Part shown: positions 23,301 to 37,700 of the stretch, in pieces | How positions within the stretch are numbered: position 1 is the first letter of the stretch | Layout of the letters: each line of letters begins with the position of its first letter | Notes under the pieces: generated by a model | Told to the model about the DNA's origin: nothing | The model's input: the letters and a program-made list of their open reading frames with translations, nothing else | Databases searched by the model: none | Assembly (NCBI GenBank): GCA_964106645.2 | Contig: OZ067040.1 | Origin: Podarcis pityusensis | Lineage: Eukaryota | Direction: 5' to 3' (one strand) | DNA: 64,000 nucleotides | Translations under genes and position numbers: made by a program

Positions 23301-24139
23301 CAACCCCAGCAGGAGGACAGAACTGCTTTAAGAATCCAAGGCATTTTTCTTCTTCTTTAGGAGTAAGCAGCAGATGGCGGGGGGGGGGGGGGAGACAATG
23401 AAAGTTACTATGAAACCTATTAAACTATATGAAAATAACAGCAGAGTCCAACCCCCAAGGTCCGTTGGGATGAGAAATTCTGAATTCGGAGGAACTTGGG
23501 GCTTTCTTAGCTAACTTTCAGCTAATCTGTAACAATGTCAGTGCAATTCCCCAACCCCTACTCAGCCAGACAATCTTAAACCAGCCTAAGTCCTGAAAAG
23601 GGGCATTCCAGGGGAGTGGTGGGACAGGACAAGGAGACTTATAGCTATTCCAAAGTCTGTTTAGCTAGGTCATGTGACCTAGGGCTTAATCCTCAAAACT
23701 CAAGCCCATAATTGCCTGCCAACACAGCCAACAGTAGCCCCTCCCACCCACTCCTGAACAGGGTGTGGAATGGGTTAACTTGCACTGGTGAAATTTACAT
23801 TGGCTTCCTATCGTTAAGAACGTGCTTTAACTTATTTATGAACATATTCATGGCTACTCTGGAGCCGCTGCCTCAAATCCCACTTGGCACATACCTGATC
23901 TTCGCTTTCTATCTTGTCGCTCACATCCTTTTTGCCTTCCCCTTCTCCAATGCCACCTCCTTCGTAATCATGGAATTCTGTTCCTCCTTCTCCTCCTGCA
24001 TCTTCCATTAGCTCTTTTGGTAAACAAAACCCCTAATAATAATAATAATAACAATAATAATAAGTTGAAACATTTTGGACAGATTTAAGCACTCATCAAA
24101 ACAATTAAGCTTCCAAAGGACAGATTATACACAGACTTG

Positions 24140-24185
<46 letters not shown>

Positions 24186-25736
24186 CATGCACACAAATAA
24201 AGTACTATGGAGCCAAAGATAAGGAGCTCATTCAACACACTGACGAACATCTTGCTTCTGCTGTGGCTTTCTTTAAACAAGCTTTATTCACAACTCCAGA
24301 TATCTCAGAATTCTATCCCCTTTCCCAAATCCACTGAGAGGGTAAACTAGAATTTCTTACCTTCCGGGCCAGTTCTGTAAATATGTTAGCTAGAACAGAG
24401 AGCAATTTCCCAGTGCTCCTATGTGTAGCCAAGGTAACAGTGAGGTAGAAAAGGATGATATTGGAATATTTGTAAAGTATTGGCATTAGACGCACCAGTA
24501 AGTGGCAGGATTGATTGAAAAGCTGTGGACACAAAATAAATCCAATGTTCATTAAAAATATAGGGGCTTCCCCGCCCCCACCAAGACAAAACGAGAAGTT
24601 TCTAAGTGACCTTACAATTTCCCTCTGCTATTTTGCCTTTTACAGAAAGTCTAGAAATTCACGTTCAAAGCCTCCTCCAGCTGGACCAAGCCTCAATGAA
24701 TAGCAAGGACATTTTGACAGATGAATTTTACCTTGCACTTGTATTCAGTGTAATCCTCGCCATAGGATTTTAGTCGCTCCAGGAGTTCTGAAATAACCGA
24801 AATGATTTTCTGCACATGCAGAGAATTCACATCTGCACAGATGTCTTCATCCAAGAGTTTAGTTAAATGACCTGCCTTGAGCCTGTCAACCAAGGATTCT
24901 TCCCCTTGAGTAAGAAAAGGGAAAAGGGAAAAGACTGAAGACTCAATTAATCCTTAATCAGAAAAGGTTTGGGTAAACATTTTTACCCAGTGAAAATGTT
25001 GCCTTTGTATAGTAGGCTAGTTTCTACACACACTTCCATCTTTCATCCAGGCAACAAAAAGGCCTTATCAGAGTTCAAGGACATATTCAAGCCAGGCAAA
25101 AAAATTCAAGGAAAGTATGAAGCAAGACTGGTGAGGGCCTGGGGAAAGGGTGTGTGGCTGGGAAGGGGTTGTGGTGTGGGCTAAACAGAGAGGCCTGGAG
25201 GTGCACATTTGATCCCCATGCCTAAGGTTTCCCACTCCTGCCCTAGAGCACCACGGCATGTTGCAGGATCCAGGAGGAACCAGATGCCCAAGAGAACTGT
25301 ACTGATTGCCCTTCACAGACAAGGGGCCTTGGCACTATTGCCAGTTCTCTCCACCCTCCAGTGTGGTGTAGTGGCTAGAGTTACTGGGTGACCATGGGTT
25401 TGCCACAGTCTTTCAGCCCAACTTACCTCACAAGGCTGATGTGAGGATAATAACGAGAAGGAGAAGAACCGTGTGTGCCACCTTGAGCTCCATGGAGCAA
25501 AGGTGGGATATAAATGCAATAAATAACAGATTAATAAAATATATCAGAGCATTCAAGAATCCTCTGAATTCCACAAGTCTCTTGCCGGGGGGGGGGGGTG
25601 CATTCAGGAAGCAGCGGCTACAGCAAGTACAAATTTCACAATTTCACCGTGGCAATCATATTTAGAACATCCACCTCTGCCCCTGAAACAAAGACCTAAT
25701 TTGCCAGGATATATGTTGTGTTCAGTTACACACACA

Positions 25737-25786
<50 letters not shown>

Positions 25787-28700
25787 TTCTGAAAGTATAA
25801 AGAGTGCTTCAGAGGAAAGGACAAAAGTTAAGACTCACCATCCTCCTTCTGTGAGGTGTCGTCTTCTTTTACCTTTTTCCTTTCTGCCAAACACTGAATT
25901 GCACCCAGGATAGCTTGGATTGCAAGCTCTACTTGTTCTGAGTAGAGTTCGACAAATCCATCATCTGACTTTTGGTTCCCTTTGGAAATACAGTAGAAAT
26001 GTTAGTGGGGAAAACATCTGATTTCGAAAGCAGCAACCACTTTGAGGGTTTTGTTTTGTTTTTGCAATCAAGTGGTGCATAATAAATTTTATGGAATAAA
26101 CAAATGATACGACACAAACAAATTGCAGTTCTAAGCCACAATAACAAATGAAACTTTAACAAGAAAGACATAATGCTCAAAAACCTGAAATAAGACTAAC
26201 TATTAAGATTTGATATGATGGTTGGGCTTTATAAAACTAGTGTCTCCCCATTGTTAAAACCTGGAGAATTCCCAGTTCCCCGCCTAATTTAAAATTTGAT
26301 ATACTCCATTACTCCAAGAGGTATATATGCTTTGCCGCAGTTATCTCACAGAACAAAAGTCTGACATCTGCCTTGCAAGTGGAAGATAGTGCAAATAATA
26401 TTGCCTCTTAGCCTCTCACCAGCCCTTGGCCTAGAAATGAGACTGAATTTTCAGGCAGTGCTGCTGCTAGGATTTTCCCCAAGTCAAGTCAGGTCAAATC
26501 AATGAATCCTTAATCCCCTTGCAATGTTGCCACTGCTATACTTATTCCAGCTCATTTCATAATGCATTAACAAGACTCGGCTAAAGACATGCAGTGGCAT
26601 GAAAACAAATGTCCAACTTTTAATGAGAAAACAAGCTTTGTAGCATCAGATACTAAGAACAGAGGTCCCAGGAAGTATCCAACAACAACTAGCAAGAAAT
26701 AAACAAAACGCCAACTCCCACCAAAGTACAGCCGCTAGGATTTTGACATGCTATATTAAACAAAACGTTGAACATTATTGTGAATGCTTCAATACTCTCT
26801 GCACACTTACACGCCTCTTTGAACTCTGCAAGATTTGGTTCTCAGTAAGCATGCTTAGGATCCTAACAAAATTGTGATCTAATTTTACTGCTCTTAGTCA
26901 CAGATGCAAATATTCAAAGGTGATAACAGAATAATACTTAAATCAACTGCTTTACTGGTTGAAAGATTAAAAGGAACATGTATTTACCATTGCAGTGTGA
27001 AATTGAACTGAAGAGCTGTGTCTTCCAAATGGCAAAGTCATCCACACTTCTATTAATTTCTCCTTGGATGTACACAAGACTTCTGATTAATGCCATCCGT
27101 GTTGAAAATTGATTGGCTTCCATCTCAGGTAGGACAAAGAAAGACTCTATATCTTGCAGTTGGGTTGAAACCTTCAGCAAACATTCTATTCCTGAAGAGC
27201 ACACTTCAAAGCTTTTCCTGTAAGACAAAAGCAATCACAGCTCACTTTAATGAGCCACCTTTTAGCTTGCACATTTGCTTTTGAGAAAGAGTGGGTCTGG
27301 GGTTAACACAAAACATCGCTTCTGTTGGACTTACTGGTAATCAGAAAAACAAGCTAAGACTCAATTGTGATACTAAAAACATAACATCTATGGTTTTACC
27401 AGAAGGTTTGGAAGTTGTCTTACATGAATGGAAAAGGATATTCAGCTTGCATAAGGTAGCACTGCAGATTTCCTTCAGTTTCTTTAGCCTGTACCCCCAC
27501 CTTTAAAAATGTTCTATGATACAAAGAGGCACTACACTGTTTAAACCAAGCACTTTACTGGAAGTTGCAGATTTAATCTACTGTATAGTGTTTACAATAT
27601 AATAAGCTTTTTTATTTTTTGATTCTGTACAAGTCTTATGCAAGTTGGAGGATGGATGGCAGCTAACAGATTGAGGTTGAATCCTGACAAGACAGAAGTA
27701 CTGTTTTTGGAGAAAGGAGGTGGGCAGGTGTGGAGAACTCCCTGGTCCTGAATGGGGTAACTGTGCCCCTGAAGGACCAGGTGCGCAGCCTGGGAGTCAT
27801 TCTGGACTCACAGCTGTCCATGGAGGCACAGGTCAAATCTGTATCCAGGGCAGCTGTTTACCAGCTCCATCTGGTACGCAGGCAGAGATGGTACCTGCCC
27901 GCGGACTGTCTCGCCAGAGTGGTGCATGCTCTAGTTATCTCTCGCTTGGACTACTGCAATGCGCTCTATGTGGGGCTACCTTTGAAGATGATCCGGAAAA
28001 TACAACTAATCCAGAATGCGGCAGCTTGACTGGTAACTGGGAGCAGCCGCTGAGACCACATAACACTGGTCTTGAAAGACCTACATTGGCTCCCAGTACG
28101 TTTCCGAGTACAATTCAAAGTGTTGGTGCTGACCTTTAAAGCCCTGAACGGCCTCGGTCCAGTATACCTGAGGGAGCGTCTCCATCCCCATCGTTCTGCC
28201 TGGACACTGAGGTCCAGCGCCGAGGGCCTTCTGGCGGTTTCCTCGCTGCGAGAAGCCAAGTTACATGGAACCAGACAGAGGGCTTTCTCGGTAGTGGCAC
28301 CCACCCTGTGGAATGCCCTCCCACCAGATGTCAAACAGAAAAACAACTAGTAGTACTTTACTTACCAGGAATGGAAGAGTGTCTCACAAGACAGTTGTCT
28401 GATTCTGTCCACATCCGATTTTACTGCCTTAACCTCCAGCAGCATCTCTTTCACGTCTGAAATCAGCTTCTGAAACAACGGGTCGTGCTTTCGCATCTTG
28501 CATCCAGCGGGCAGCTGATCTGCAGCTATGGGAGTGGAATATTGTAGCTCTGGGGGGTTAAAACCAGGCATGGACTTCAGAACACAAGGGGAATTCAGTT
28601 CAGTTGCTTCAGTCTCTGCCCTGGAAGCATTCAAGGACTGGCCTTTTGGACAGCACTCCATAAGCCAGGACAGCTGCTCCAGGACCACCACACACTGCAT

Positions 28701-31700
28701 TGAAAGGTATTGCAGTCTATCGGTCCACTGTTGAACACCGTCTTGAGGAGGAAACGCCACTTCATATTCACAGGCAGGGTTTAACCGGGCATCAATCTCC
28801 TGCACACAGCTCAGAAGGTTCCTGTAGGAGATTCACAAGGTTAAGAGATCTGCTTATAATAATACTATCGGTACACCTCAGTCAGTATATAGTGGATCAC
28901 GGCAATTTCCAAATGCTGCAGCTTTTGCGGAAAGTTTATTTATTTATCTGGCAATGCCTCTTGCTTGTATGAACAGAGGATAGAGAACATGCGTAAAAAT
29001 GTACTGAGGGTTTACATTTTGCACTATTATTGCCGTATACAGTCTGCCTCTCTCTTTTTTGAGTCAGAATGCTTTCCTTTCTCAAATGAGCTAAAGAAGT
29101 GCGCAGAAAACAAAAGTCCAAATACCTCAGGATAATCCACTGCTCAGTCAAGGCAGTGAGGGAGCTCCTCTGCTTGACAAGCATCTTCATAAGGTGTGCT
29201 GTGAATCCTTTGCATCGCTCAACGGTGCCCAGTCCAATTTCCTGCAGTGTGACAAGGTAGCACTTTTCACTCCTGTGTAATGGTTGCCATAATAATGTGG
29301 CCCCCCACCCAACTGCTACTAGGCAAATCCATGGAACTCTGCCTACGCCTTGACAATGAAAGATGCATGGAACGCATACAAACTACTGTGCAGCCCCATC
29401 TAATATTATGCTTGTTCACTCAAAACTAACTCCCGCTATATTCAAAGGTGCTTATGCCCAGGTAAACGTGCACAGGATTACAGCCTTCGGATAATTTTCA
29501 GGCAAGTAACATACCCAGAAAACAAGATTTGAAAGCCTATGCATAAAAAGATCAAAATAGCACAAATGTGCTTTGAAAATAAATTCCTATCGTAGCAACT
29601 TTAATGAGAGTTTTAAGAGCTGTGGATGATCAGGACTGAAAGTGCTAAATCAGGGAGGAAAGCAGGATCCCCACAACATTCCAGCTGTGGAATGCTCTCC
29701 CTGGAGAGATATGCCCAGCACCATCCCTATCAACCTTTAGCCACATGAAGATGCTACTTAGCACCTAGGCATTTTACTCATAACTGGTGTTTACGTTGTG
29801 CTCTCACGCAATGTATTTTTATGTTGTGAACCACCCTGTGAAGGGCGGTATACAAATTTAATAGATAACGATAGCAGCAGCAGCAGCAGCAATTCATCTG
29901 TTAGTAGGATGTGTCCTTTTTATGCTATGAGGACTAGAGCTGTCAGTAAATGCTTAGCTAGGTGAAATGCTTGTTCTCTGATCAGCTAGTTTATATGCTA
30001 CCATTTTTATTTTACATTAATGTCACCTCCACTTTCTCCAAGGTATACAGTGGTACCTCGTTTTTCGAATGTAATCCACTCCGGAAAACTTCTGAAACGT
30101 TCAAAAACTGAAAACTCATCGCCAACAGCAAGGTCTCAGGATCTTGCACTCAGCGGAAGCCGCGTGGCATGTTCGACTTCCAAGACGTGTATGAAAACCA
30201 AAGCATTTACTTCCAGGTTTATGGCGTTTGAAAACCGAAATGTTCGTCAACAGAGACATTAAAAAACCAAGGTATCACTGTACTGGAAAGTGTATTGGAA
30301 ATTGGAAAGTGAACCTGACTCAGTCCTACAATTTAGTGACTTGCGAAGGATTTCTGAATTTGCCAAGGTTTGTAATTGGGTACATTTGATAAGAAATATG
30401 ATACATAAGTGACAAGTCTCGGTAGATTTACTGGTAGTTTACCTCTATTTATCTGCTCAACAACTACAATGTAGGCAGGTATAAACATGCCTGAGAAAAA
30501 AACTATGTTGATTCGGAATAAAAAGCCAAATGTTTAGATGATGAATGATCCTGTCTTGCCTACTCAAAGCTTTTAAAAGGAGAAGATTTGAAATAAATCT
30601 CTAGTACTGAAGCTACTGTTTACCTTTGAAGGTGCCAATAACGCTGTCTGAAGCCCACAGTGGCGTGCGAGAGACTGATAGAAGTATTTCTGGCATCCAT
30701 CCCAGGACGAAGAGATCTCAGAGAGCAACCTGGAAAGCGTAAGACTTTTGTTCATCCGAGACAAAAATAAATAAATAAGCAATTTCAAAGTCTTTCTACG
30801 ACCACACAAACACAAAACGTGCATCAGTTCAGCTTACCCATGCTTTTAGGCAGTCTTAACCGGCTTTACATTGCCTGCTTAAGGTATCAGTTTGGTAACC
30901 GATACTCCCGACGCTGTAATGCGTTTTTACTTAAGGCAATATCCGGATGTTTTTGTTCTGCTGGTTCCAGAAAATATCACGTTACACAATTTGCAAGTCG
31001 CTCCTTAAAATGAAAACCGAACGAACCAAGGGCCAAACTAGATTCACCATTTGTCACCTTTGCAGAGCTGATTTTCCTTTGCAGCTGGTGGGAGGGAGGG
31101 CTCAAAGATGGAGTGATGTATTTGTCCTCCACCCCATGGTCCTGATCAGAATTGGGTTCCCCTCGATGTCTACTGTTTGCAAGGGGAAGAAAGCAGCCAC
31201 TGGCACAAATGGCGGCTTTCTTCCCACTACTAACAGGAGGGAAGCCACAACTCTTAACAGGGCTAAATGGTTCAAGTCTCCCACACAACAGTTACTTTTC
31301 TATTTCTTTAGGTTTTTAGGATAACCTAATTTATTTGCATTGTTGTGCAATGTTATGTGCATTGATTTTTTCATCCTTATTAATTCTGATTATTTATAAA
31401 GGTTTCTAATAGGTGCATAACAAATATTGTGCATCTGTTATGCTGTGAGCTACTTCGGGCACAATTTCTGTGGAAAAGTGGCATACCAACAAACAGACGA
31501 GGTAACGGTAATATTGGATTGAAAAACCCCAATTAAAACTGTAGCTGCGGAAACAGAAAATACATACGTTGCGTCCAGTTTCTGTGTGCAGTTAACCAGG
31601 GCTAATGCACTGCTCAAATCCAACGGGTGAAGGAAAAGCAGGTCCTGGGAAGTTTTTGAACGAGACCAAGCAAGGCCTTTGCGATATGACAACCCTGGGA

Positions 31701-34700
31701 AGATATTTAAAATACATCTAACTTCAATTTTTCTTTTTGAGACTTGAAATAAACAACATGGAAGTTCTTTTTAGTGAGTCCATTCAGTCATGCCTTTTCC
31801 TCTCCAACACCTAAGTGATGATGGCTGATATAGATGATTCTGAGAATTTAGCTTTAGTGGTTGAAAGGAGCAAAGAAAACAAGCGGCTATAACTAACCAG
31901 CAGAAATTGCTTTCAGAGCCAGTGTGGAGACCAGGATTCAGATCCCCACTGGGCCACAAAGCTCACCAGGGGACCTTGGGCCAGGCACTGCCTCTCAGCC
32001 TGACCTACCCCACAGGGTTCTTCTGAGTATTAAATGAAGAGGGTGGGGGACCATGTATGCCACCTTGAGCTCCTTGGATAGAAAGGTGGGATATAAATGC
32101 AATAAATAAACAATGAAAAGGTTCTGGACCCTATCCTTTCTGTGTGCATGGCTACAAAGCTGTGCATGTGTGTGTGTGTGTGTGTGTGTAGAGCAATACA
32201 GTAAAAATTCATTCCACATTTCCAATTAGTATTCATTCTAACCCAATTGTACTACCTACCTCCCAGCTATTATCATTTGGTACACTATACGTGTGCCTAT
32301 GGAGGTAAATCATGGGCAGTGCCAAACACACTCACATGGCATTTTGCTAGTTTGAGGGGTGGGAGTGGGGGTTACTACTGCTTATTTTTTGTTTGTTGTC
32401 TCCAAAGAGTAGTAGTTCCAGCTCCTCTTACCTGTATTAGCCAGGTTTTTAAAGAGCTCTGTTAGGGCCCTCTGCTTCTGCACGAGTAAATGTTTGGCCT
32501 CGGACTTCTGCTTTTCCTTGTCTGCAGCTGGATTTACAGACATATGCTGCAGCTCATGGGAAGAGGAAATTACATCACCTGTAAAAAGGAGGAGCGCAGC
32601 AGAAAGCAATCTGTCAATCTTCTACTCAAACCCATCAATTCTTAAGAAAAACAAATTACCTTCCTGTTGAATGTTATGCTGTAATAAAAGTTTTACCTGT
32701 GAAATTGTCAAGGCTCTCCACCAGATCCAAGAACGAGTTGTTCTTCACTAGAGATGTACAGATCTTCTCCATCCGCTTCGTAAGTTTGGGTAAGCGGCCC
32801 TGAAGGGACTCTGGGTGAAAAATGTCTCCCTGGATATCCTCTAAGTGAGCAGCCTGCGGGGGAAACGTTCACAACAGGCAAAAGTCCAGGTGACTGAAAT
32901 CCTTGTGCTTCTGGTAAGACTTATGGGACCTATCAGTACCAAGTAGCCTAGAGAGTGAAGAATGGGACTTCAAACCTAATGGAGGGTAGCCATTGGCCCT
33001 TTGGTCAGCTTCCCAAGGCGTCTGGCTGGTCACTACTGACGAAGGAAATACTGGCTTACACATACCTTGGCCTGTAATAACAGCCATATTACTGGGTCAA
33101 TGGGTACTTACTGTGAGATGACAGAAGTCAGCCACAGAGGGTTATGTCGCATCCTACTAGCCTAGACAGGAAAATTCTATTGCAAACTTGAATGCAGCCA
33201 CACCCCCTTCCAAGAGCTTCTCTAGTTTCCATTTCACAGAGAAGCTTGAAAGGATGTCCCTGGAAGCCTTGGAGTCCTAACTGATAAGTATAAAAAAAAT
33301 AAAAAAATAGCAACCAGGACTTTTGTCACCTTTCCAGTTATGCAGATAATAGACAGATGAATAAGGCAGAGAGAGGCAACGCAGCCATCAGCAGCCTAAG
33401 AATGCATGCAGGGCGTGGTCCTCCCACTCATCAGAAAAAGATCCTTCTCAGAAAGCACCCAATGACCAGAGAAGAAAGCAGTCTGCAGAACCCTCTGTAA
33501 GAAGGCTGCCTCTATTTTGTAATCTTGGGCTGCCCTGAAGAGAGGGAGGAAAAAAGAAGTGCAAGCTCGGAGGTAGGGGGAAAGTCAAAGCACAGGACAG
33601 AGGAGAAAGGACTTCTGCTAGTCTCGGTAAGCAAAATAAACCTGAAAAAGTTAGGGGAGGGAGGATACAGCCTACCGATTTGCAAAAGAGTTTTCCTGTC
33701 TAGCCTAGTAGGGTGTGATGTAACCCCTCTGGGATTGGCTCCTGTGTCCATCAGGGAAAAACACACATTTGGTCACCTCTCAATGAAACACTAGGACGGC
33801 ACTGAGAACAAAGTTTATGTTCCTGTTTCGCTGTTATCATTTCAAACATTTTGTCATATCACGGTTACAACTAAGAGTGTTCCAATACGCAGCAAGGGAA
33901 TCCAGCACTCAGGTTAAGAATGCCTACCATTCCATCTGAACGCAAATGAGAACTCCAGGTACCTGAGCAGAATGGGACCTAGCAGTCAGTTTTTTTCTTA
34001 ATATGCTGTTCAGGCTCTGAATTTTAGTTTCTTGGTTGCCCAATGTCTCTGCTTCCTGCAAAGAAGCAAGTTGCTCTTCTTTTGCTGTTTCCACCAAGGC
34101 AGAACGGCAGGGTTCATTGAGAGCAGCTTCAAATTTCTTCATAAACTTGAAAAGTGTCCTAAAACCCAGGAAAAGACAGGGATGAAAACAAGGACCATCA
34201 ATATGGGTGAGCACTCAAGCTCCACGACAACATGGTTAAAGGGGACTTAAAAAGTTAAAAATCCACTTTGAGTGTATGCATATTAAGGTATCCAATGCAG
34301 TTATGGCAAAGCAGTATATCCTCAGTCACCACTATGCTATGGGAGTGTCAAAAGAAGAGGATCCGGATACCAACATTGCATATTAGACACATGCAGGCCA
34401 GTCAGACAGATACTTTAACCCAAGCAAAATTTAACTCTATATTGGTAGCTAAGATTCATACTGTCAATGACTGGCTCTGCAATCTCATAGTGAACAGAAT
34501 CTTGGGACAATGACTCAGGTGTATAATTTCGTTCTCCCACTACTGACTTATTTGCATTTACCCTCCCCATAACCATTCTCAGAGTGGTGTTTAAGGAAAA
34601 AAGTAAGAGGAGAGGAAAGAGGAGAGCAGTCCCCAGAGGACATGTTTCAAGCCCCCCGTCTCTGGGCCGATAACTGATATAATCCTCCTGATGCCCAAAT

Positions 34701-37700
34701 GCCCAATATCTCATCAAAATTTCATACTTACCTATGTGTCTTCTCCACAGACTGTTTTATAGCCCAAAAGCTGACATCATTCCACTTAGAGATTTTTACA
34801 AATTCCTGAAATATATTCAATTCAATAAACTATGATGTTTATTTTAAACAGAATGAAGAATTGCTGAGAGGACATGTGCTTCTGGTTTGAAGAGATGTAC
34901 ATAAAAAGCAGGGTAGGACCTAGCTATTTATTTGAACCAGCTTTACTTCCAACAACCAGAGAATACTATTACACCAAGAAATCTTGTTCTCACCTTCAAT
35001 TCTTTTTCTATCGGATGCCGAAGTTCAGTCAGCCTGGTTTGGACACATCCTGAAAACTGCTTATAATAATTGTAGAGATTCCATAATACATTGCACAGCA
35101 TGTCTGAAAAAGAGAGAATGGGTTTCATACAAAAATGAATCTTCGTCCGCACCTGAGGATTTAGGGATCTTAAAGGACATAGTAGTTCTGACTGAAACAG
35201 CATCTCTCTTTTATTAAATCTGTAAAAGTTTCAAGAAGTTGTTTATTTTTTTAATTCTACTGTATTGCTGCCTTGTTGTTTGCTTCCCTAGGTTCCTTTA
35301 GGAGGAAGGTCAGGGTAAAAAATTGATAAATTAATAATGAAAATCTGTTCAACGCCCCCTTCCAATCAAGAGATTCCTTCAGGCAATTTTGCAAGGGGAA
35401 GACAAGCAAAGAGATGTGGGAAAAGTTTTAATCTTCCATTCAGTGCTTTGCATAGAATAATCTACTTTGTCTTTTGGCAAGCTACCGGGGAGAACTGGGT
35501 TGAATACACCACACTGCAATTTTGCCAGTATCTTTCGGAGAAAACTTTCGATGTAAAATAATAATAACTGGAAAATTTAGCTGAGCTCTATTAAATGTTA
35601 GGAATAATAATTCAACTGCATGCAATAAAGAAAAGAAACATAAGCTCAAAGGTAGGCAGAAGGCAGATCTGGATCTGCTGGTAGATCTCCAGCTGATCCA
35701 CAGTAGACTGGCTGGAGACAGAAACCCTTGGCAAACTGTTTAACAACAGCAACAACAGCAAGCTCTCCTGCTCCCAAAGCAGGCAGCTGAGATCAAGGAA
35801 AGCTGAGCACATGCTCAGAGCCACCCTGCTCTCTTTAATTCTGTGTGTGCATGCGTTCACCACCCAGCGCTACCTGGTGGAGCTAAAGTGCACCCCACAA
35901 GTCTGGCGTCTGGCTTTGGCCCATTTCACCTACCATTTCCTTCCACCTGTGGCATCAGCAAGACGTGGCAGTGGAATTCCAGCAGCATCTGAAGCCGTGT
36001 GTCAAACTCCCCCAATGTTGACCCTTCTATGAAAGCCTGCAGTGTGCCGAGCAGTGCTTTTAAATTCACATCTATCCATTTCATGAAGTTGGGATTGTAG
36101 GGAAGAAAGGGGGGGGGGAGGAGGACAAGATGGCATGTAAATTCATTTTTGACATTAAACAACATCCATTATGGCCCTTTCAGAAGGAACTAACTCTGAC
36201 ACAGACAGAGGGCAGGCTCTGCCTCCCTAGAAACAAGCCTTAGTGCACAATGCAATGCAGGCTGCCTTTTACCTACAGTTAAAGAACTGTAATCCAGATG
36301 CAGGAATAATTGCTCCCTCCTCCAAGCCCTTCTGTCTCTGGAGGAAACTTCCCTCTCCTGCCTTAACAGTGGTTAAAGGGAACCAGTTCAATAAGAGGAG
36401 AAAAGACAACACCATAAACACATCATATTATTCATCTAATTCAATAGTATCTTTACTAACAGTTCACTTCACATTAAAGGAAAAGGTTGTATAGAGTCCA
36501 CCAGAGAGACAATAAAGGCGTACGTCCTGCTCAGATGTGATCTTGCCTACTTCATAAAAGATTTTTTTTGGCACTGATAACAGGTGCTTGGTCTATACTG
36601 GGTTGTTTTCAGCTAGAGTTGCCCACTTGGGACGTCAATCTGGTTTAAAACAAGCCAAGATTTGTGTGCCCTGTTTACAGAGCCATGGTTTCTGAAGTCA
36701 GCAGCGTTGGGGGCTAATGTGGTTTTTCACAGCTCTTGTGAACAGCAATACACAGTTGGACTGCTCAACATTTCAATAATATAGGCAGTTACAAGCTTTG
36801 CCTGTTAAGTTGCTTGAGAATCAAGATGGAAGAATACTTGATTTCTCCAATATGCTACATATTGAAAGAAGCTTTAAACTTGGCTATTGGGCATGTAATA
36901 GAGAATTGCAAATGCAGATATAGATCATATACCATTTGTATTTTTATCAGTTTATAGAAATGTGTATCCTTGAGTGTATGCACTTCTATTAACAGCTTGC
37001 ATTTCTTTTACCACTCTGTTATCAATAGTTACCTTCAGTTTTCTTCTGTGTCTGTTCTTGCCTATATTTCTCAATCATCTGATAGATTGAAAACCAGTGT
37101 TTCATTGACTTTTCTGTGTGATGTTTCCTTGTGTTGTCCAGACTAACAGACCAACAGCTGACAATGCAAGTGGAAAAAGAAAGACCTATTAATGAACATT
37201 AAATCTCAGAGCCCACCCATGCTTGCTTTTAGATCGATGGGTACACGTTTCTTAGAAAGCAGCCCAATTTTTACGACAACTATTTTTACAGTACAGGTAA
37301 GGCTGTTATTTTTGCTCTGCACTAACATCAGTTCTGAAATATGAAAACTTAAAAACATCTGCATTAGTAAATAATCAGATTTTTAAAGAAGTGAATGTAG
37401 CACATTTATTTTGCATAAGCTGCTAGGTTATCTATATTTGAAAGAACAGGGATTCTTCTTTGGCTAAGGATTGAAGAAAAATACAACCCCCCCCCAAAAA
37501 AAAACCCCATAGGGATCTAGAGGGTAGGAAATAGAAGACATGCTGGAACGTAGCAAGAAGCTGTGTAGACGAATGAAACTCCACATCTCTCCCTTCAATT
37601 TCTGAGCTTGCTCCAGATGCTGTGAGCAAACCCCTGATCTGGTTTGTCCCCCCCCCCCCCCCGTCATTTACACTTGAAAATACTCAGCACAAAGGGAACT

